This document shows positions 21,979-37,100 of a stretch of DNA of 64,000 bases, piece after piece; the first letter of the stretch is position 1; the number at the start of each line of letters is the position of its first letter. The position numbers and the translations under genes are program-made. The notes below the pieces were generated by a model that was given only the letters and a program-made list of their open reading frames with translations, had not been told where the DNA came from and searched no databases. The stretch is from Sulfolobaceae archaeon (GTDB lineage Archaea; Thermoproteota; Thermoprotei_A; Sulfolobales; Sulfolobaceae): assembly GCA_038893355.1 (NCBI GenBank), contig JAWARQ010000005.1, positions 96,001 to 160,000 on the forward strand. The letters run 5' to 3'.

Positions 21979-23283
21979 CTTTATAGAACTAAAGTGAAAA
22001 TGAGAATACGTAGCTAAGGTATTATTTAGTATTACTCCTTCAAAACCATTTATAATACCCTTTCCTCTTTCTACCTTAAATGCAAATTCTTCCTTTCCTA
22101 CTCTTACCGGTTTAGATATATGAAATTCGTGACCTCTTACCTTCTCTCCAGATCTTGAAATTATATTATCCTTAATCGAGAATAGCTCAGTATAACCTAT
22201 CGTTAGTTTTGGGTTTTCCACACTTATATCAATATCAAATAAATTTACCATATTATACTTCTTTCCGTCAGAATAAATTGAAGAAGATAAATACATGAGA
22301 CCTCCACACTCTGCAAAGATATATTTTGAATTGTAAGATAAATCTTTTAACCATTTTTTTGTAGAATTAGATTTTTCTAGTTCATCTAAATGCAGTTCTG
22401 GATAACCTCCTCCAATGTATACAAAATCAGCATTGTCTACTTTTTCATTATTAATTGGGCTAAAGAAATTAATTATAAAATATTTTTTTAATATATCAAT
22501 ATTTTCTTGATAATAAAAGGAAAATGCAGAGTCCAATGCTATTGCTACAATCTTTTTATTATTAGCAGTTATTTCTTCAGTTTCTAAATAATCTTCAGTA
22601 ACCTCTTCTGCACTTGTAGCAATTTCTAGTATCGAGTCTATATCGACAAAATTTTCTACATAATTTGAAACTAATGAAATTACTTCTTCTACCTTAGTCT
22701 TGTAATCATCTATAGTGATTAAACCCAAATGTCTTGAAGGTACTGTTAAATCCTTAGAGTATGGTATGTAGCCTAAAACCTTTATGCCAGCAGGAATTGA
22801 TCTTTTACAGTATTCATAATGTGAATCAGAGCCAATTCTATTAAATATTACACCTTTTATTAAACTATCATTTTTAAAAGTATAAAGACCATGAACTATA
22901 GCACCTACTGTAGATGACATGCCTTTACAGTCAATAACAAGAATTACTGGAGACTTAGTTATCCTTGCTACTTCATATGTACTAAAACGGAAATCAATAC
23001 CGTCATAATAACCCATTACACCTTCAATTATACTAATATCATAACCCTTTGAGTATTTTATTAGACTTTTTTTGACATTTTCCTCGCCCATTAACCAAAG
23101 ATCTAAGTTTATTGATGAAGAACCAGTAGCTATACGATGATAACCTGGATCTATGTAATCTGGACCTATTTTAAAAGGTCTTACTTTCATTTTTCTAGAA
23201 ATTACCCTCATAATCCCTGAGGATATTAATGTCTTACCAGAATTACTTCTATCCGAAGATATAACTACACGGTTTAATTTCAT
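21964..23283 (-). CDS. cbiA: Cobyrinate a,c-diamide synthase
   Basis: [30 protein letters not shown] and GHEFH motifs. Confidence 0.95.
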   Translation of the reverse strand: MKLNRVVISSDRSNSGKTLISSGIMRVISRKMKVRPFKIGPDYIDPGYHRIATGSSSINLDLWLMGEENVKKSLIKYSKGYDISIIEGVMGYYDGIDFRFSTYEVARITKSPVILVIDCKGMSSTVGAIVHGLYTFKNDSLIKGVIFNRIGSDSHYEYCKRSIPAGIKVLGYIPYSKDLTVPSRHLGLITIDDYKTKVEEVISLVSNYVENFVDIDSILEIATSAEEVTEDYLETEEITANNKKIVAIALDSAFSFYYQENIDILKKYFIINFFSPINNEKVDNADFVYIGGGYPELHLDELEKSNSTKKWLKDLSYNSKYIFAECGGLMYLSSSIYSDGKKYNMVNLFDIDISVENPKLTIGYTELFSIKDNIISRSGEKVRGHEFHISKPVRVGKEEFAFKVERGKGIINGFEGVILNNTLATYSHFHFSSIKLRVS

Positions 23284-23330
23284 GCTAAATGTTAAATTCG
23301 TTATAGTCCTATTTAATTATAGGGTTAAAG

Positions 23331-24071
23331 ATGAAAGTAGCATATAATGATGCGAGATCTATTAAAGCAATTATTGAGACTTTAGCTAAATTGGTAGATG
23401 AGGCTATATTTAAGTTTAAACCAGAAGGGATAGAGTTAGAAGCGCTAGAGAGGGCTCATATTGCATTTATAAAGCTTTCTTTACCTAAAGAAATGTTTAA
23501 TGAGTATGAAATACAAGAAGAATTTAATTTTGGATTTAACACTCAATATTTATTAAAAATCTTTAAAGGAATAAAGAGAAAAGAGGGAATTATAATTGAA
23601 AGTGAATCACCAGAATTAGTTTCCCTACAAGTCTTAGGATCTGTAAATAGAGTATATAAGATAAAGAATTTAGATGTATTGCCCCCAGAAATTCCTTCGT
23701 TTAATCTGGAGTTCGAAGTTACTGCATCTATTACAAGTAACGGATTTAAAAAGGCTATTCAACAAATAACCTCTGTAAGTGACTCTGTTAACTTTTCTAT
23801 ATCTGAAGATGCACTAATATTAAGGTCTGAAGGTGAAAATAAAGTTGAGGTTGAATTTAGCAAGGAGAATGGTAGCTTACAGTCTATAGAATTCACGAAA
23901 CCAGTAAGTGTTTCTTATGCAGGAGATTATTTAAATGATATTTTATCGTTAACCAAATTATCGGATTATGTTAATGTAAGCTTTTCAGAAAATAAACCTC
24001 TGCAGTTAGAATTTAATATGGAGGGGGGCGGAAAAGTTAATTATATCCAGGCCCCTAAGGTAGTTCAATGA
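23331..24071 (+). CDS. pcn: PCNA sliding clamp subunit (PCNA3-type)
   Basis: LVDEA...ALERAH, PCNA fold, C-terminal APK. Confidence 0.92.
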   Translation: MKVAYNDARSIKAIIETLAKLVDEAIFKFKPEGIELEALERAHIAFIKLSLPKEMFNEYEIQEEFNFGFNTQYLLKIFKGIKRKEGIIIESESPELVSLQVLGSVNRVYKIKNLDVLPPEIPSFNLEFEVTASITSNGFKKAIQQITSVSDSVNFSISEDALILRSEGENKVEVEFSKENGSLQSIEFTKPVSVSYAGDYLNDILSLTKLSDYVNVSFSENKPLQLEFNMEGGGKVNYIQAPKVVQ

Positions 24072-25039
24072 AGATACAAACTGCAGTAGTTGGAAGCTAC
24101 CCTAAGCCTATAAGGCTAGCTAAGACTCAATCAAAATTTTTAAATAAAAAAATAGATGAGAAAAAATATCAAGAAACGTTATATAATTTTACAAAAATTT
24201 TTCTTAATAAAATGAAGAATTTCAATATAGATTATGTTACTAGTGGTCTCTTAAGATTTGATGATATAGTTGATATAACTTTCAGCTACTTAGAAGGGGC
24301 AGAAAAATTCGAGTTAGTGAGATTTTTTGATAATAATTTTTACTATAGAAAACCTTTAATTAAAAATAAACTAAAAAAGAAAAATACTATATACCTTGAG
24401 GATTTAAAAATGGCTAAAAAAATTCTTGGTGAAATAGAATATAAGGCTAAGTTAAAGGCAGTAATTTTAGGTCCCTTAACTTACTATAGATTAAGTGATG
24501 ATAGTTACTATAATGATGAAATAGAACTTATCATGGATTATTCTAAAGAAACAAATTCAGTAATAAAAGATACTGAAGGTATTGTCGATGCGGTAGAGAT
24601 TCATGAACCTTCTATATCTGAGAAAGGTTTACCTAAAAAAATAATAGAAAGATTGCCTGAAATTTATGATGAGTTATTAAAGGGAGTAAATCTAGAAAAA
24701 CATCTTATTACTTATTTTAAAATAAATAATGTAAAGATATTTAATATTGTAAATAAAACTAATATAGATATCATAGGTTTTGATGCTATAGAAAATAAAA
24801 AGAAATTAGGAATGATATATAAATATTTAAAAGAAAAAAACTTATATTTAGGAGTTATAGATTCAAGAAATACTAAATTAGATAAAGCGACATTTATAAA
24901 AAATGTTATAGAAACGGCTTCAAAATATGGGATAAAGAGAATGATTATAGGCAATTCAAGCTTATTAGATTTTATACCAGAAGTTGTTGTTGAGCGAAAA
25001 TTGAAAATTTTAAGCAAGGTGGTGAAGACTTTTGAATAA
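24068..25039 (+). CDS. Split MetE, N-terminal (folate-binding) subunit
   Basis: [23 protein letters not shown]; no Zn ligands; coupled to the catalytic half. Confidence 0.8.
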   Translation: MKIQTAVVGSYPKPIRLAKTQSKFLNKKIDEKKYQETLYNFTKIFLNKMKNFNIDYVTSGLLRFDDIVDITFSYLEGAEKFELVRFFDNNFYYRKPLIKNKLKKKNTIYLEDLKMAKKILGEIEYKAKLKAVILGPLTYYRLSDDSYYNDEIELIMDYSKETNSVIKDTEGIVDAVEIHEPSISEKGLPKKIIERLPEIYDELLKGVNLEKHLITYFKINNVKIFNIVNKTNIDIIGFDAIENKKKLGMIYKYLKEKNLYLGVIDSRNTKLDKATFIKNVIETASKYGIKRMIIGNSSLLDFIPEVVVERKLKILSKVVKTFE

Positions 25040-26030
25040 ACTCCCCTTATTACCAACTACAGTAATTGGCAGTTATCCTAGGCCTAAGTGGTTAAGAGAA
25101 ACAATTAGATTATATAATGCAGGAAAAATTGGTGAAGAAGATTTAAGAGAGGCATTTGATGATGCAGTAATAACGGTATTTAATGAGCAATATAGAGCAG
25201 GAGTAGATGTACCTACTGATGGTGAAATGAGAAGAGATGAAATGGTTGAATTCTTTGCAGAGAGAATAAAAGGATTCAAATTTTATGGTCCAGTGAGAGT
25301 ATGGGGGACTGCATATTATAGAAAACCTGCAGTTGTAAGAAGATTAGAATATGATAAGCCAATGTTATTAGAAGAGTTCCTTTTCGCAAAAACTGTATCT
25401 TATACTGAAAACCTAAAGATAACGATAACTGGACCTTACACTATTGCAGAATGGTCATACAACGAGTATTATAAAGATAAGAGAGAACTCGTATTCGACC
25501 TTGCAAAGATAATTAATCAAGAAATTAGGAATTTAGTAGATGCAGGTGCAAAAATAATTCAAATTGATGAACCTGCACTTCACACTAGAAAGGAAGATAT
25601 TGAATGGGGGATCCAGGCTGTAAATGAAGCTGTTAAAGGAGTTAATGCAAAGTTAGTTATGCATATTTGCTATGGTGATTATACATTGATTGCACCTTAT
25701 TTAAATGAAATAAAAGTTGATCAAATAAATTTTGCATTAAAAATTTATAATTATAAACCTTTAAAGTTATTTAAAAAATATGAATATGAAAAAGAAATTG
25801 GAATTGGTGTAATTGATGTACATAATAAAAGGGTAGAAACCCCTGAAGAAGTTGCAAAAGATATAAAAAACGCATTGGAATTCTTCCCACCAGAAAAAGT
25901 TTGGATAAATCCAGATTGTGGACTTAAATTACTTCCTAGAAAGATAGCTTATGAGAAATTGGTTTCAATGGTAAAAGGTACTAAAATAGTGAGAGAAGAA
26001 CTTAAAAAGAGGGGTTATAATGTAGAATGA
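25032..26030 (+). CDS. metE: Methionine synthase, catalytic (split MetE C-terminal) subunit
   Basis: [18 protein letters not shown]; Zn ligands in HIC and NPDCG. Confidence 0.93.
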   Translation: MNKLPLLPTTVIGSYPRPKWLRETIRLYNAGKIGEEDLREAFDDAVITVFNEQYRAGVDVPTDGEMRRDEMVEFFAERIKGFKFYGPVRVWGTAYYRKPAVVRRLEYDKPMLLEEFLFAKTVSYTENLKITITGPYTIAEWSYNEYYKDKRELVFDLAKIINQEIRNLVDAGAKIIQIDEPALHTRKEDIEWGIQAVNEAVKGVNAKLVMHICYGDYTLIAPYLNEIKVDQINFALKIYNYKPLKLFKKYEYEKEIGIGVIDVHNKRVETPEEVAKDIKNALEFFPPEKVWINPDCGLKLLPRKIAYEKLVSMVKGTKIVREELKKRGYNVE

Positions 26031-26049
26031 AAAAGAAGGGGTTATAATA

Positions 26050-26514
26050 ATGAACAAGAAGAGGGCAAAAGGAAAATCTCATTCTACAAGACCAGCTAGG
26101 GCAGGTGCTCCAAAATGGGTTAGATTTACTAGAGAAGAAGTTGAAGCACTAGTTGAAGAATTAGCAAGAAAGGGATATACTCCTAGTATGATTGGTTTAA
26201 TCTTAAGGGATCAGTATGGCATACCATTAGTGAAACAAGTAACTGGAAAGAAGATTACCAAGATTTTAGAAGAAAAGGGCTTATTACCACAAATCCCAGA
26301 GGATTTATTCAACTTAATCAAGAAAGCTGTAAATGTTAGAAGGCACTTAAGAGAATATCCGAAGGATAAGGTAGCGAAAAAAGGTTTAGAGGAAATTGAA
26401 TCTAAGATTAGAAGACTGGTAAGATATTATAAATCAATAGGTCGATTGCCACAAGAATGGCAATATGATCCAGAAAAAGCTGAGCTATTAATAGCTGGAA
26501 GTGTTACCTCTTAA
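26050..26514 (+). CDS. rps15: 30S ribosomal protein uS15
   Basis: [28 protein letters not shown]. Confidence 0.97.
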   Translation: MNKKRAKGKSHSTRPARAGAPKWVRFTREEVEALVEELARKGYTPSMIGLILRDQYGIPLVKQVTGKKITKILEEKGLLPQIPEDLFNLIKKAVNVRRHLREYPKDKVAKKGLEEIESKIRRLVRYYKSIGRLPQEWQYDPEKAELLIAGSVTS

Positions 26515-26879
26515 ATAACACTCTTAATTCTATCAACTAATACTTCTGCTATTCTTTTATCTACACCTAAGGGATCAGCTATTACAACCTCAATATCTTT
26601 ACCATTAAAATTTACCTTTCCATCTTTAATTCTTAGCTTTTCTGGAATATCCTTTTTAAAATGAGTTCCTGCAGCAAATAGTAACGGAACAACTACTACT
26701 TTTGTTGCACCATCTTTTATCAATTTTTCTAAAGCTTCCCTAATATCTGGCTTATTTATTTCTAAGAAGCCATATTCTACTAACTCATAGTAATTTTTTA
26801 ATAATTCCTTATAGCCTATAGCAGTATTTACCCATTCGCTAACTTTACTCCCGTGTAGTACAAGTAGTATTCCTATCAT
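26511..26879 (-). CDS. cbiX: Sirohydrochlorin chelatase, CbiX(S)/SirB family
   Basis: HGS, FLE..P, PLL..G.H...DIP. Confidence 0.88.
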   Translation of the reverse strand: MIGILLVLHGSKVSEWVNTAIGYKELLKNYYELVEYGFLEINKPDIREALEKLIKDGATKVVVVPLLFAAGTHFKKDIPEKLRIKDGKVNFNGKDIEVVIADPLGVDKRIAEVLVDRIKSVI

Positions 26880-26945
26880 ACATTTAATTAATGTACCTTG
26901 ATTTTATATATTTGTTCTAAGTACAATGCATAGGTGTAATCTTAT

Positions 26946-27587
26946 TTGCCAGATTTTAAGATTGTAGTCTCTGATCCTGCAACGAAAACTAATAATAAGG
27001 TAAAGGTTAAAGTCAAGGCAGATGATAGTGTAAAATCTATACCTGGTGAAAAAGATAATAGAAGTTTACCTATCGCCAAATTGAATTATAAATTAAAAGA
27101 AAAATTGAATTTGGATAATTTTGTGACAATAGAAACTACTAAAAAAGAAGGAGAAAAGGTAATTAAAGTTAAATCTCACTTTAAAATAGAAATTGATAAT
27201 TCAGTACCAGAGAATGAAATTTGGATCAGTAAATCTATGTCGGAAAAGTTTGGAAATCAAGAATTTGAAGCATTTGCTTATAGGACAAAGAGTTTTCAGC
27301 TCCTAGTTGATCAAAATAAGGTAAATATGTTAATAGGTATGAAAATAGGCGATACATTTGATGGTAATGTAATTGGAATTCCATATAAGCTAAAAATAAC
27401 TGGCGGTTCGGATAATTCTGGATTTCCTATGCGGCCAGATGTTCAAGGTGCAGCTAAGAGACAAATATTACTTTCTGGTCCACCTGGATTTTGGCCTAAA
27501 GAAGATGGAGAGAGAAGAAGGAAGACGATACGAGGTAATACGATAAGTCCAGAATTAGTACAAATAAATACAGTAATAGTAAGGTGA
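26946..27587 (+). CDS. rps6e: 30S ribosomal protein eS6 (long Sulfolobales form)
   Basis: [29 protein letters not shown]; ~90-aa insertion. Confidence 0.95.
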   Translation: MPDFKIVVSDPATKTNNKVKVKVKADDSVKSIPGEKDNRSLPIAKLNYKLKEKLNLDNFVTIETTKKEGEKVIKVKSHFKIEIDNSVPENEIWISKSMSEKFGNQEFEAFAYRTKSFQLLVDQNKVNMLIGMKIGDTFDGNVIGIPYKLKITGGSDNSGFPMRPDVQGAAKRQILLSGPPGFWPKEDGERRRKTIRGNTISPELVQINTVIVR

Positions 27588-27591
27588 TGAA

Positions 27592-28836
27592 TTGCCCTGG
27601 CCTAAGGTACAGCCTGAAGTAAATATAGGTGTAGTAGGCCATGTAGATCATGGTAAAACTACACTAGTGCAAGCTATAACTGGTATATGGACATCTAAAC
27701 ATTCTGAAGAGCTTAAAAGAGGAATGACTATAAAATTAGGTTATGCAGAGGCATCAATAGGAATTTGTAGCAGTTGTAAGGTACCAGAAGCCTATACTAC
27801 AGAACCTTCATGTAAGCATTGCGGAAGTGATGAAGAACCTAAATTTCTTCGTAGGGTTTCATTCATTGATGCACCAGGTCATGAAATATTAATGACAACA
27901 ATGCTTTCTGGAGCCGCTTTAATGGATGGTGCAATCCTAGTTGTTGCAGCTAATGAACCATTTCCTCAACCCCAAACTCTAGAGCACTTTATGGCATTAC
28001 AGATAATTAACGTAAAAAATATTATAATAGTTCAGAATAAAGTTGATGTAGTAAGTAGAGATGAGGCTTTTACACAGTATAAAAAAATGAAAGAGTTTTT
28101 TAAAGGAACTATAGCAGAAAATGCGCCTATAATACCAATAAGTGCATTGCATAAGATAAATATAGATGCGGTATTGGAAGAGATTGAGAAGAATATAAAG
28201 ACGCCAAACCGAGACTTATCTAAGACTCCACTTCTATTAAGCATTAGAAGCTTTGATGTAAATAGGCCAGGTACGACATTTGATAACTTAAAGGGTGGAG
28301 TAATAGGTGGAAGTATTATTCAAGGAAAGTTTAGAGTAGGACAAGAGATAAAGATTTTACCCGGTATAAGGGTTGAGAAAGGCGGTAAGGCTGAGTATAA
28401 AGAGATTTACACAGAAATTGCATCTTTAAGATTTGGAGATACGGAAGTTGAAGAAGCTAAGCCGGGTGGATTAGTAGCAATTGGTACGTATTTAGACCCA
28501 TCTATAACTAAGGCTGATGCACTAGTTGGAAGCGTAGTAACTGATGCAAGTGCGAATTTTGAGATCTTGAATAGAATTACAGTGGAATATAATCTGTTAG
28601 ATAGAATTGTAGGAATTAAGGATGCGGTTAAAGTGGAGCAGATAAGGCCAAGAGAAAAGCTTATCATAACTGTAGGTTCAACAACTACACTTGGCGAAGT
28701 TACTAAAGTAGGAAAGGATAGTATGGAATTAAATTTATTAAAGCCAGTAGTTTTATGGGATAAAAGGTTAAGAGTAGTTATAAGTAGACAAGTAGGCGGA
28801 AGATGGAGATTAGCAGGATGGGGAATAATTCAGTAA
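27592..28836 (+). CDS. eif2g: Translation initiation factor aIF2 gamma
   Basis: [26 protein letters not shown], Zn knuckle. Confidence 0.97.
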   Translation: MPWPKVQPEVNIGVVGHVDHGKTTLVQAITGIWTSKHSEELKRGMTIKLGYAEASIGICSSCKVPEAYTTEPSCKHCGSDEEPKFLRRVSFIDAPGHEILMTTMLSGAALMDGAILVVAANEPFPQPQTLEHFMALQIINVKNIIIVQNKVDVVSRDEAFTQYKKMKEFFKGTIAENAPIIPISALHKINIDAVLEEIEKNIKTPNRDLSKTPLLLSIRSFDVNRPGTTFDNLKGGVIGGSIIQGKFRVGQEIKILPGIRVEKGGKAEYKEIYTEIASLRFGDTEVEEAKPGGLVAIGTYLDPSITKADALVGSVVTDASANFEILNRITVEYNLLDRIVGIKDAVKVEQIRPREKLIITVGSTTTLGEVTKVGKDSMELNLLKPVVLWDKRLRVVISRQVGGRWRLAGWGIIQ

Positions 28837-29261
28837 CAGGAGTTCTATTAGATACTAACTTATTACTTTATGCATATGATGGATTAGATATTTTTGAAAA
28901 AATTTTAAATTTTCTAGATTATAAACCTTTATTTTTTATTCATAAAAGAGTATTAGATGAATTAAACAAAATAGAGAATAGTAATAGAGGAAGACAATTA
29001 ATATTAAATAAAATTCGTGTAGCTAAGATTCTTCTAGAGAAATATAAGAGTTGGTGGAAGATAATTTCAGAAGATTCTGATGAGTATAAAAAAGTAGATG
29101 AGGTTTTAATAGAAACATCGATAAAATACAAACTTTGGCTTGCTACTAGTGATTATAAGTTATGTCAGATAGCACTTAAGAAAGGAGTAACTGTATTATA
29201 CGTTACTAAAAATACAAATAGGCTAATTCTTATACACCCAGATAGAGTAAATAAACTTTAA
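28818..29261 (+). CDS. PIN-domain nuclease (Fcf1/Utp24-like)
   Basis: LLDTN, V..EL, VD..L and ATSD motifs; usual position between eif2g and rpoE1. Confidence 0.85.
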   Translation: MGNNSVTGVLLDTNLLLYAYDGLDIFEKILNFLDYKPLFFIHKRVLDELNKIENSNRGRQLILNKIRVAKILLEKYKSWWKIISEDSDEYKKVDEVLIETSIKYKLWLATSDYKLCQIALKKGVTVLYVTKNTNRLILIHPDRVNKL

Positions 29262-29292
29262 TCCTAGACTTACTTTTGATAATTGATTGGTA

Positions 29293-29832
29293 ATGTATAA
29301 ACTCATTAAAGCGAAGGGTATTGTAAGAATACCTCCCGATCTCTTTGATAAACCTTTAAATGATGTTACTTTGGAAATCTTAAGGAAGGAGTTCCAAGAA
29401 AAACTAATTAAAGATTTAGGTCTAGTATTAACTGTAATAGATGCGAAAGTAAGTGAGGAAGGGTTTCTAGTCTTTGGTGATGGTGGAACTTATCATGAGG
29501 TGGAATTTACGATACTAAGTTATGTTCCTCTTCAGCAAGAATTAGTTGAGGGTGAAATAACTTCTGTAGATAATATTGGAATTTATGTAAACATAGGACC
29601 TATTGATGGGTTTGTACACATTTCACAAATAACTGATGAACAATTAAAATATGACGGTAGTAGAGGTATTTTGATAGGGGAAAGGACGAAGAGGATATAT
29701 CAAAAGGGTGATAGAGTAAGGGCTAGAATAACTGCAATATCGCCAGGAGGAGTTAATAGATTACCGAGAGTAGCACTGACTATGCGTCAACCCTATTTAG
29801 GAAAAATAGAAGTAAAAACAGTAAAGAGCTGA
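29293..29832 (+). CDS. rpoE1: RNA polymerase subunit Rpo7 (E')
   Basis: VRIPP, GDGG, S1 domain [16 protein letters not shown]. Confidence 0.96.
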   Translation: MYKLIKAKGIVRIPPDLFDKPLNDVTLEILRKEFQEKLIKDLGLVLTVIDAKVSEEGFLVFGDGGTYHEVEFTILSYVPLQQELVEGEITSVDNIGIYVNIGPIDGFVHISQITDEQLKYDGSRGILIGERTKRIYQKGDRVRARITAISPGGVNRLPRVALTMRQPYLGKIEVKTVKS

Positions 29833-29838
29833 ATTTAG

Positions 29839-30048
29839 ATGGCAGAGAAAAAGAGGTCTAAATCAATAAGAGCATGTAAGAGGTGTAGGACAATAATTAC
29901 TGGCAAAGAGGAGGTATGTCCAGTTTGTGGATCAACTGAACTTAGTGATGAATGGAGTGGAGTAGTAATAATATTGAGGGAAGATTCAGAAATTACTGAA
30001 ATATTTGGAGAAAAAAGACCAGGAAAGTATGCGGTGAATGTAAAATAG
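29839..30048 (+). CDS. spt4: Transcription elongation factor Spt4 (RpoE'')
   Basis: ACxxC...CPVCGS, WSG, PGKYA. Confidence 0.95.
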   Translation: MAEKKRSKSIRACKRCRTIITGKEEVCPVCGSTELSDEWSGVVIILREDSEITEIFGEKRPGKYAVNVK

Positions 30049-30578
30049 ATTACTGTTTTTCATTAACGGAAGAACTAAGAAAAAGTCTTGCAAAACCGTT
30101 TGGTATTTTGATTAATAATAGTTATAAATTATTAAATATTTTAGTAAAATTATTTGAGAATAATAAAAATTTGAGAATAATAAGCATAGGGGATGTTACT
30201 ACTGAAACTTTATTAAAATTGAACGTATTGCCCTTTCTAGCAATAATTGATGGTAAGACAAAGAGAAATTTTATTAGAACTATAAGTTATGAGGATAAAT
30301 TTCAAGTGATCAGAATAAGAAATGAGGCAGGGGTAATTAGATATACTGCATTACAAACAATTAAAAAATTATTACAAGAAAATAAACAAGGAAATTATTT
30401 ATTACTAGTCGATGGGGAAGAGGACTTACTTACCATTCCAGTTATATTATACTCAAACGTAAATGATGTAATATTATATGGACAACCTAATGCAGGAGTA
30501 GTGGTCATTAAACCAAATGAAATAATTACATGGATTGCATTTAATATCATAAGTAAAATGATAACTAAATTATGTTAA
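30045..30578 (+). CDS. GTP-dependent dephospho-CoA kinase (DUF359)
   Basis: IGDVT, IDGKTKR, N.AG, DGEEDL and YGQP motifs. N-terminal LRKSLAKPFG lies upstream of the first canonical start (TTG 30108), implying an ATA start at 30045. Confidence 0.88.
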   Translation: MDYCFSLTEELRKSLAKPFGILINNSYKLLNILVKLFENNKNLRIISIGDVTTETLLKLNVLPFLAIIDGKTKRNFIRTISYEDKFQVIRIRNEAGVIRYTALQTIKKLLQENKQGNYLLLVDGEEDLLTIPVILYSNVNDVILYGQPNAGVVVIKPNEIITWIAFNIISKMITKLC

Positions 30579-30587
30579 AAAATTTAA

Positions 30588-30640
30588 TATCAGACCTGCG
30601 CGGGTTCTTCACAAATAAGGCCTTTCGAGCTTCATCATGC
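30588..30640 (-). ncRNA. Box C/D guide sRNA overlapping the apgM stop codon
   Basis: Minus strand reads ATGATGA (C), AGCTCGAAAGGC, CTTA (D'), GTGAAGA (C'), ACCCGCGCAGGT, CTGA (D). Confidence 0.85.
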
Positions 30641-31881
30641 ACCAAATTTTGATGCTCTGTTGGAATAGTTTAACATTATATTAATTAAATTTAATCCTAC
30701 TAGTCTTAATGAACCCCGTCTCACTTCTCTTTCATTAAAGTCGCTTATATTATCTGGAATTATACTATTATCTGGGATATAAATGAGTATGGGCACAGGA
30801 TCGCCAGTGTGCTCCCTTAAATCTACCGGGGTAGAATGATCGCCAGTAAATACTAATATAAACTCATCACTACCTAGTTTATCAAATATGTACCCAATTG
30901 CCTTATCTATCATCTCGATAGCATATACCTTGCCTTTAGCATTACCATCATGTGAGGCAGAATCTGTAGCTTTATAATGAATAAAAACAAAATCGTAATC
31001 TTTCTTAAGAAAGTCAATTGCAGCATCTGCCTTTGCTAGATAATTCGTATTTAAACCCCCAGTAGCACCTTCTGGGGTCACTACCTTTAATCCTATAGCC
31101 TTGCATATTCCTTTGATTAATGCAGTAGCACTTATTGCTGCACCATTAAGTTGTGTATAAGTTTTAAATTCTGGTAGAGGTTCGTACTTTGAAGCACCTC
31201 TTAGTAATACTATATTTGCAGGAGGCTTACCCTTTGAAATTCTCTGCTCATTTATTTTGGACTTAGATAAAATGTCATATATAGCAAATGTTAACTTGTT
31301 AATTATATTGGAAGTTTTTATACTTTGAATTGAATTATCTAATGGTTTACTTTCACTAACTTTCTTACCTACTTCATGAGGATCAGTATCTGACACTTTT
31401 TCGCTTAAATCTCTTCCTGATAATACTACCGCAAGTCTATGCTCAGTACCCTTATAGAACCTTACCTTTATCCCATCAATTTCTTTTAAATTCTCATTCA
31501 ATTCTTTAATTAATAATTCAGCCTCTTCCAGATCCCTTCCAGCTCTCCTATCAATAACTACTAGATCTTTATCTACAGTAGCAAAATTCCCTCTAAATGC
31601 CACATCTCCAAAATCTAACTCTGCACCTGCTCCCAACGCTTCAAACACTCCTCTCCCCTTATAATACCTATAAGGATCTAGACCAAAATATGCAAGGTGA
31701 GAAGTATCACTACCAGGGACGATACCAGGGGATATTGGATCGATCAATCCGGTTAATGAAGATTTTAATATTTCCTTAATATTAGGCTTTTCTGCAACTT
31801 CTAAAGGTGACCTATCCCCTAACTGCTTTGACTTTCTATCGCCAAGACCATCTGCAATAATAAATAAAATTTTATATTTTT

Positions 31882-31885
<4 letters not shown>
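30635..31885 (-). CDS. apgM: 2,3-bisphosphoglycerate-independent phosphoglycerate mutase
   Basis: DGLGD, PGSD, RGNF, DSASHDG, GDHSTP, HTGDPVP. Confidence 0.95.
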
Positions 31886-34092
<2,207 letters not shown>

Positions 34093-34157
34093 AATTATCT
34101 ACTACTAGCTAGATTAGAAATCCTTTAAATAAGTCTTTTTATGATATAAACCTTAGA

Positions 34158-37100
34158 GTGAAGGAATACTCCATACCTTCAATAGTATACTTATCAAGTT
34201 GTCCTAATTGTGGTAGTGAAATTAGTTCAGATAGGTTATTTAAAGGTCTAGCATGTGTTAGATGTCTTAGTGAGGATGAAAAGGAATCAGAATCTATTCT
34301 TGATTTAATAAAAAGACTTAAGCAAAATAATAAATTATTATATTTAAATGAATTTAAAGAAATATTTGAGAAATATAATGAATTTAAAGAAATATTTGAG
34401 AAAGTAATTGGCTTTCCGCCATTAAGTATACAAAAAAGTTGGGCTATACGTGCTATACAGGGAGAAAGCTTTAGTATAATTGATCCTCCTGGTACCGGAA
34501 AGACCACTTTCGGACTAGTGATGTCATTATACCTTTCTAAATACTCTGAGAAATCGATATTAATATTCCCTACAAAGTCTCTCGTGGAGCAAGCTGTAGA
34601 TAAATTAAATCAAATGACTAAAAAAATTAATTATAGCCCAAAAATAATATATTATTTCTCTGGAATCTCTGAAAGTATAAAAGAGGAAGTTAATAAAGCG
34701 ATAGAAAATAAAGACTTTGATATTTTATTGATAAGCTCGAAATTCGCAATAAATAATAAAGAAAAATTAAAAGAAATTAATTATAGTTTTCTATTTGTAG
34801 ATGATGTAGACTCGGTTTTAAAATCTAGTAAGAGTGCGTATAGTATTCTAGAAATAATAGGATATAATGAAGAAGAAATACGTAAAGCAAAAGAATTTTT
34901 GAGGAAGTCATATAGAGAAGATACTGAAGGCCTTAAAGATCTTGATGAAATTAGGAGGGAGAAGCTTAAGAATAAGATTGTAATATTCTCTTCTTCAACG
35001 CTAACTAGAGGAAATCCAGTTATCTCATCTCTTGTAGGATTTAGGCCTGGATCTTCTATTATATTTATAAGGAATATAATAGATGCTTACACTAAACTTC
35101 CAGAGGATCAAGAAGAGGTTTTTGAAATATTAAGAAAGTTATTGAGGAAGTTAGGGAGCGGGGGTTTAGTATTTGTTCCGATAGATAAGGGAATAGAATA
35201 TGCAAAAGAGGTTGAAAGGAAGTTATCCGATGAATTCTCGATAGTTACTATAACCTCAACATCAACTTCAAAAATAGAGAAATTTAAGAGAGGAGAAATA
35301 GATCTACTTGTAGGCGTTGCTACACATTATGGTATTTTAGTTAGAGGGTTAGATATTCCATGGAGAATATCTTACGCAATATTTCTAGGAATTCCGAAAT
35401 TTAAATTTAAAATAGGAGAAATAATTAATCCATTATTATTAATTAGATTACTTTCAATAATTTCGCTAATTGTAAAAGATGAGAAATTAAACAGATTATT
35501 GTTGAATTTAAGGCGTAAGTATAAAAAACTCAGTCCTGCTGCTTTAGCTAATATTGTTAGGGAATTAAAAGAAGGAAAAATACAAGATGAGTTGATAAAT
35601 GAGGGAATAAAAGTTCTTTATGAATATCTCACAAATAAAGAAATTTTGAAAAAAGTAAGTCAAATGAATTATTTTGTAATTACTGAAGATAATTATATTC
35701 TAACACCCGACTACTTAACTTATATTCAAGCAAGTGGTAGAACCTCTAGACTATTTGGCGGAAACTTAACAACTGGCTTGTCAATACTATTAGTTGATGA
35801 TGATAATCTATTTAAAATCTTAACTAATAGATTGAATTTAATATTAGATGAAGTAAAATGGGAGAAATTAGATTTAGAAAATTATACAATAGGTAACTAT
35901 AGCTTAGACGAAATTTCTAAGAAATTAAAGGAAGAAAGGGAGGAGATTAAAAAGATAAGAGAAAGTGGAGAAGTTCAGAGTGTTGCGAGTAAGATAAGGA
36001 CAGTTCTACTAATAGTAGAATCGCCTACTAAGGCTAAAACGATTTCTAGTTTCTTTACAAAGCCAACGATTAAAAGAATTGGAAATGTGATAGTGTATGA
36101 GACAATTGCTGCAGGTAAGGTATTATTAGTAACTGCAAGTAATGGACATTTATTTGATTTGACTACAAAGGATATTGGACTTTATGGAATAGAGGTAATT
36201 CATAAATCTCCAGATATTATTGAATTCATTCCATATTACAATACTATAAAGAGATGTAGTAATGGTCATCAATTTACTGAAGAAACTCCAGATAATTCAT
36301 GCCCGATATGCGGATCAAAAGAAATTTCTAATAAGAGGGATACCATTGAAGTTTTAAAGAAACTAGCAATAGAGGTTGATGAAATCCTAATAGGAACAGA
36401 CCCTGATGTTGAGGGCGAGAAGATAGCATGGGATTTATATATGGTTCTTAGGCCATTTAATAAGAATATAAAGAGGGCTGAGTTTCATGAGGTTACGAGA
36501 AGGGCCATATTAGAGGCAATAAATAATCCTAGAGAAATTAGTATACCTTTAGTTAAATCCCAAATAGTTAGAAGAGTGGAAGATAGATGGATAGGCTTTA
36601 AGCTTTCCGAAAAATTACAAACAGAATTCTGGAGAGAATACTGTACTAAGATCTCTAAAGATGCCATTAATGAATGTAAGGAGATTAATAGAAATTTAAG
36701 TGCAGGAAGGGTTCAAACACCAGTATTAGGGTGGGTGATTAAAAGATATATTGATTATAGGTCTACATTATCAACATATTATATAATATCATTAGAAAAT
36801 AGTGGAATTCCATTCAAGGTTATAGTACCAAAGCAAAAAGGTTTAAGGAAAGGAAGCAAGGTTACGATAGAAATAAAGGATCTGCAGATAGTAACAGAAG
36901 ACATTACACCACTACCACCTTATACTACTGATACATTACTTCAAGATTCATCGAATTTTTACGGAATGTCAGCCATGGAAACTATGAGAATTGCACAAGA
37001 CCTATTTGAATTAGGTCTAATAACCTATCATAGAACTGACAGTACAAGAATTTCTAATGTGGGTATAGGAGTTGCTGAACAGTATTTAAGACAATTATTG

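Noticed and set aside
24068-26030. MetE split into two genes
   Set aside because: Known archaeal split-MetE arrangement, not a frameshift.
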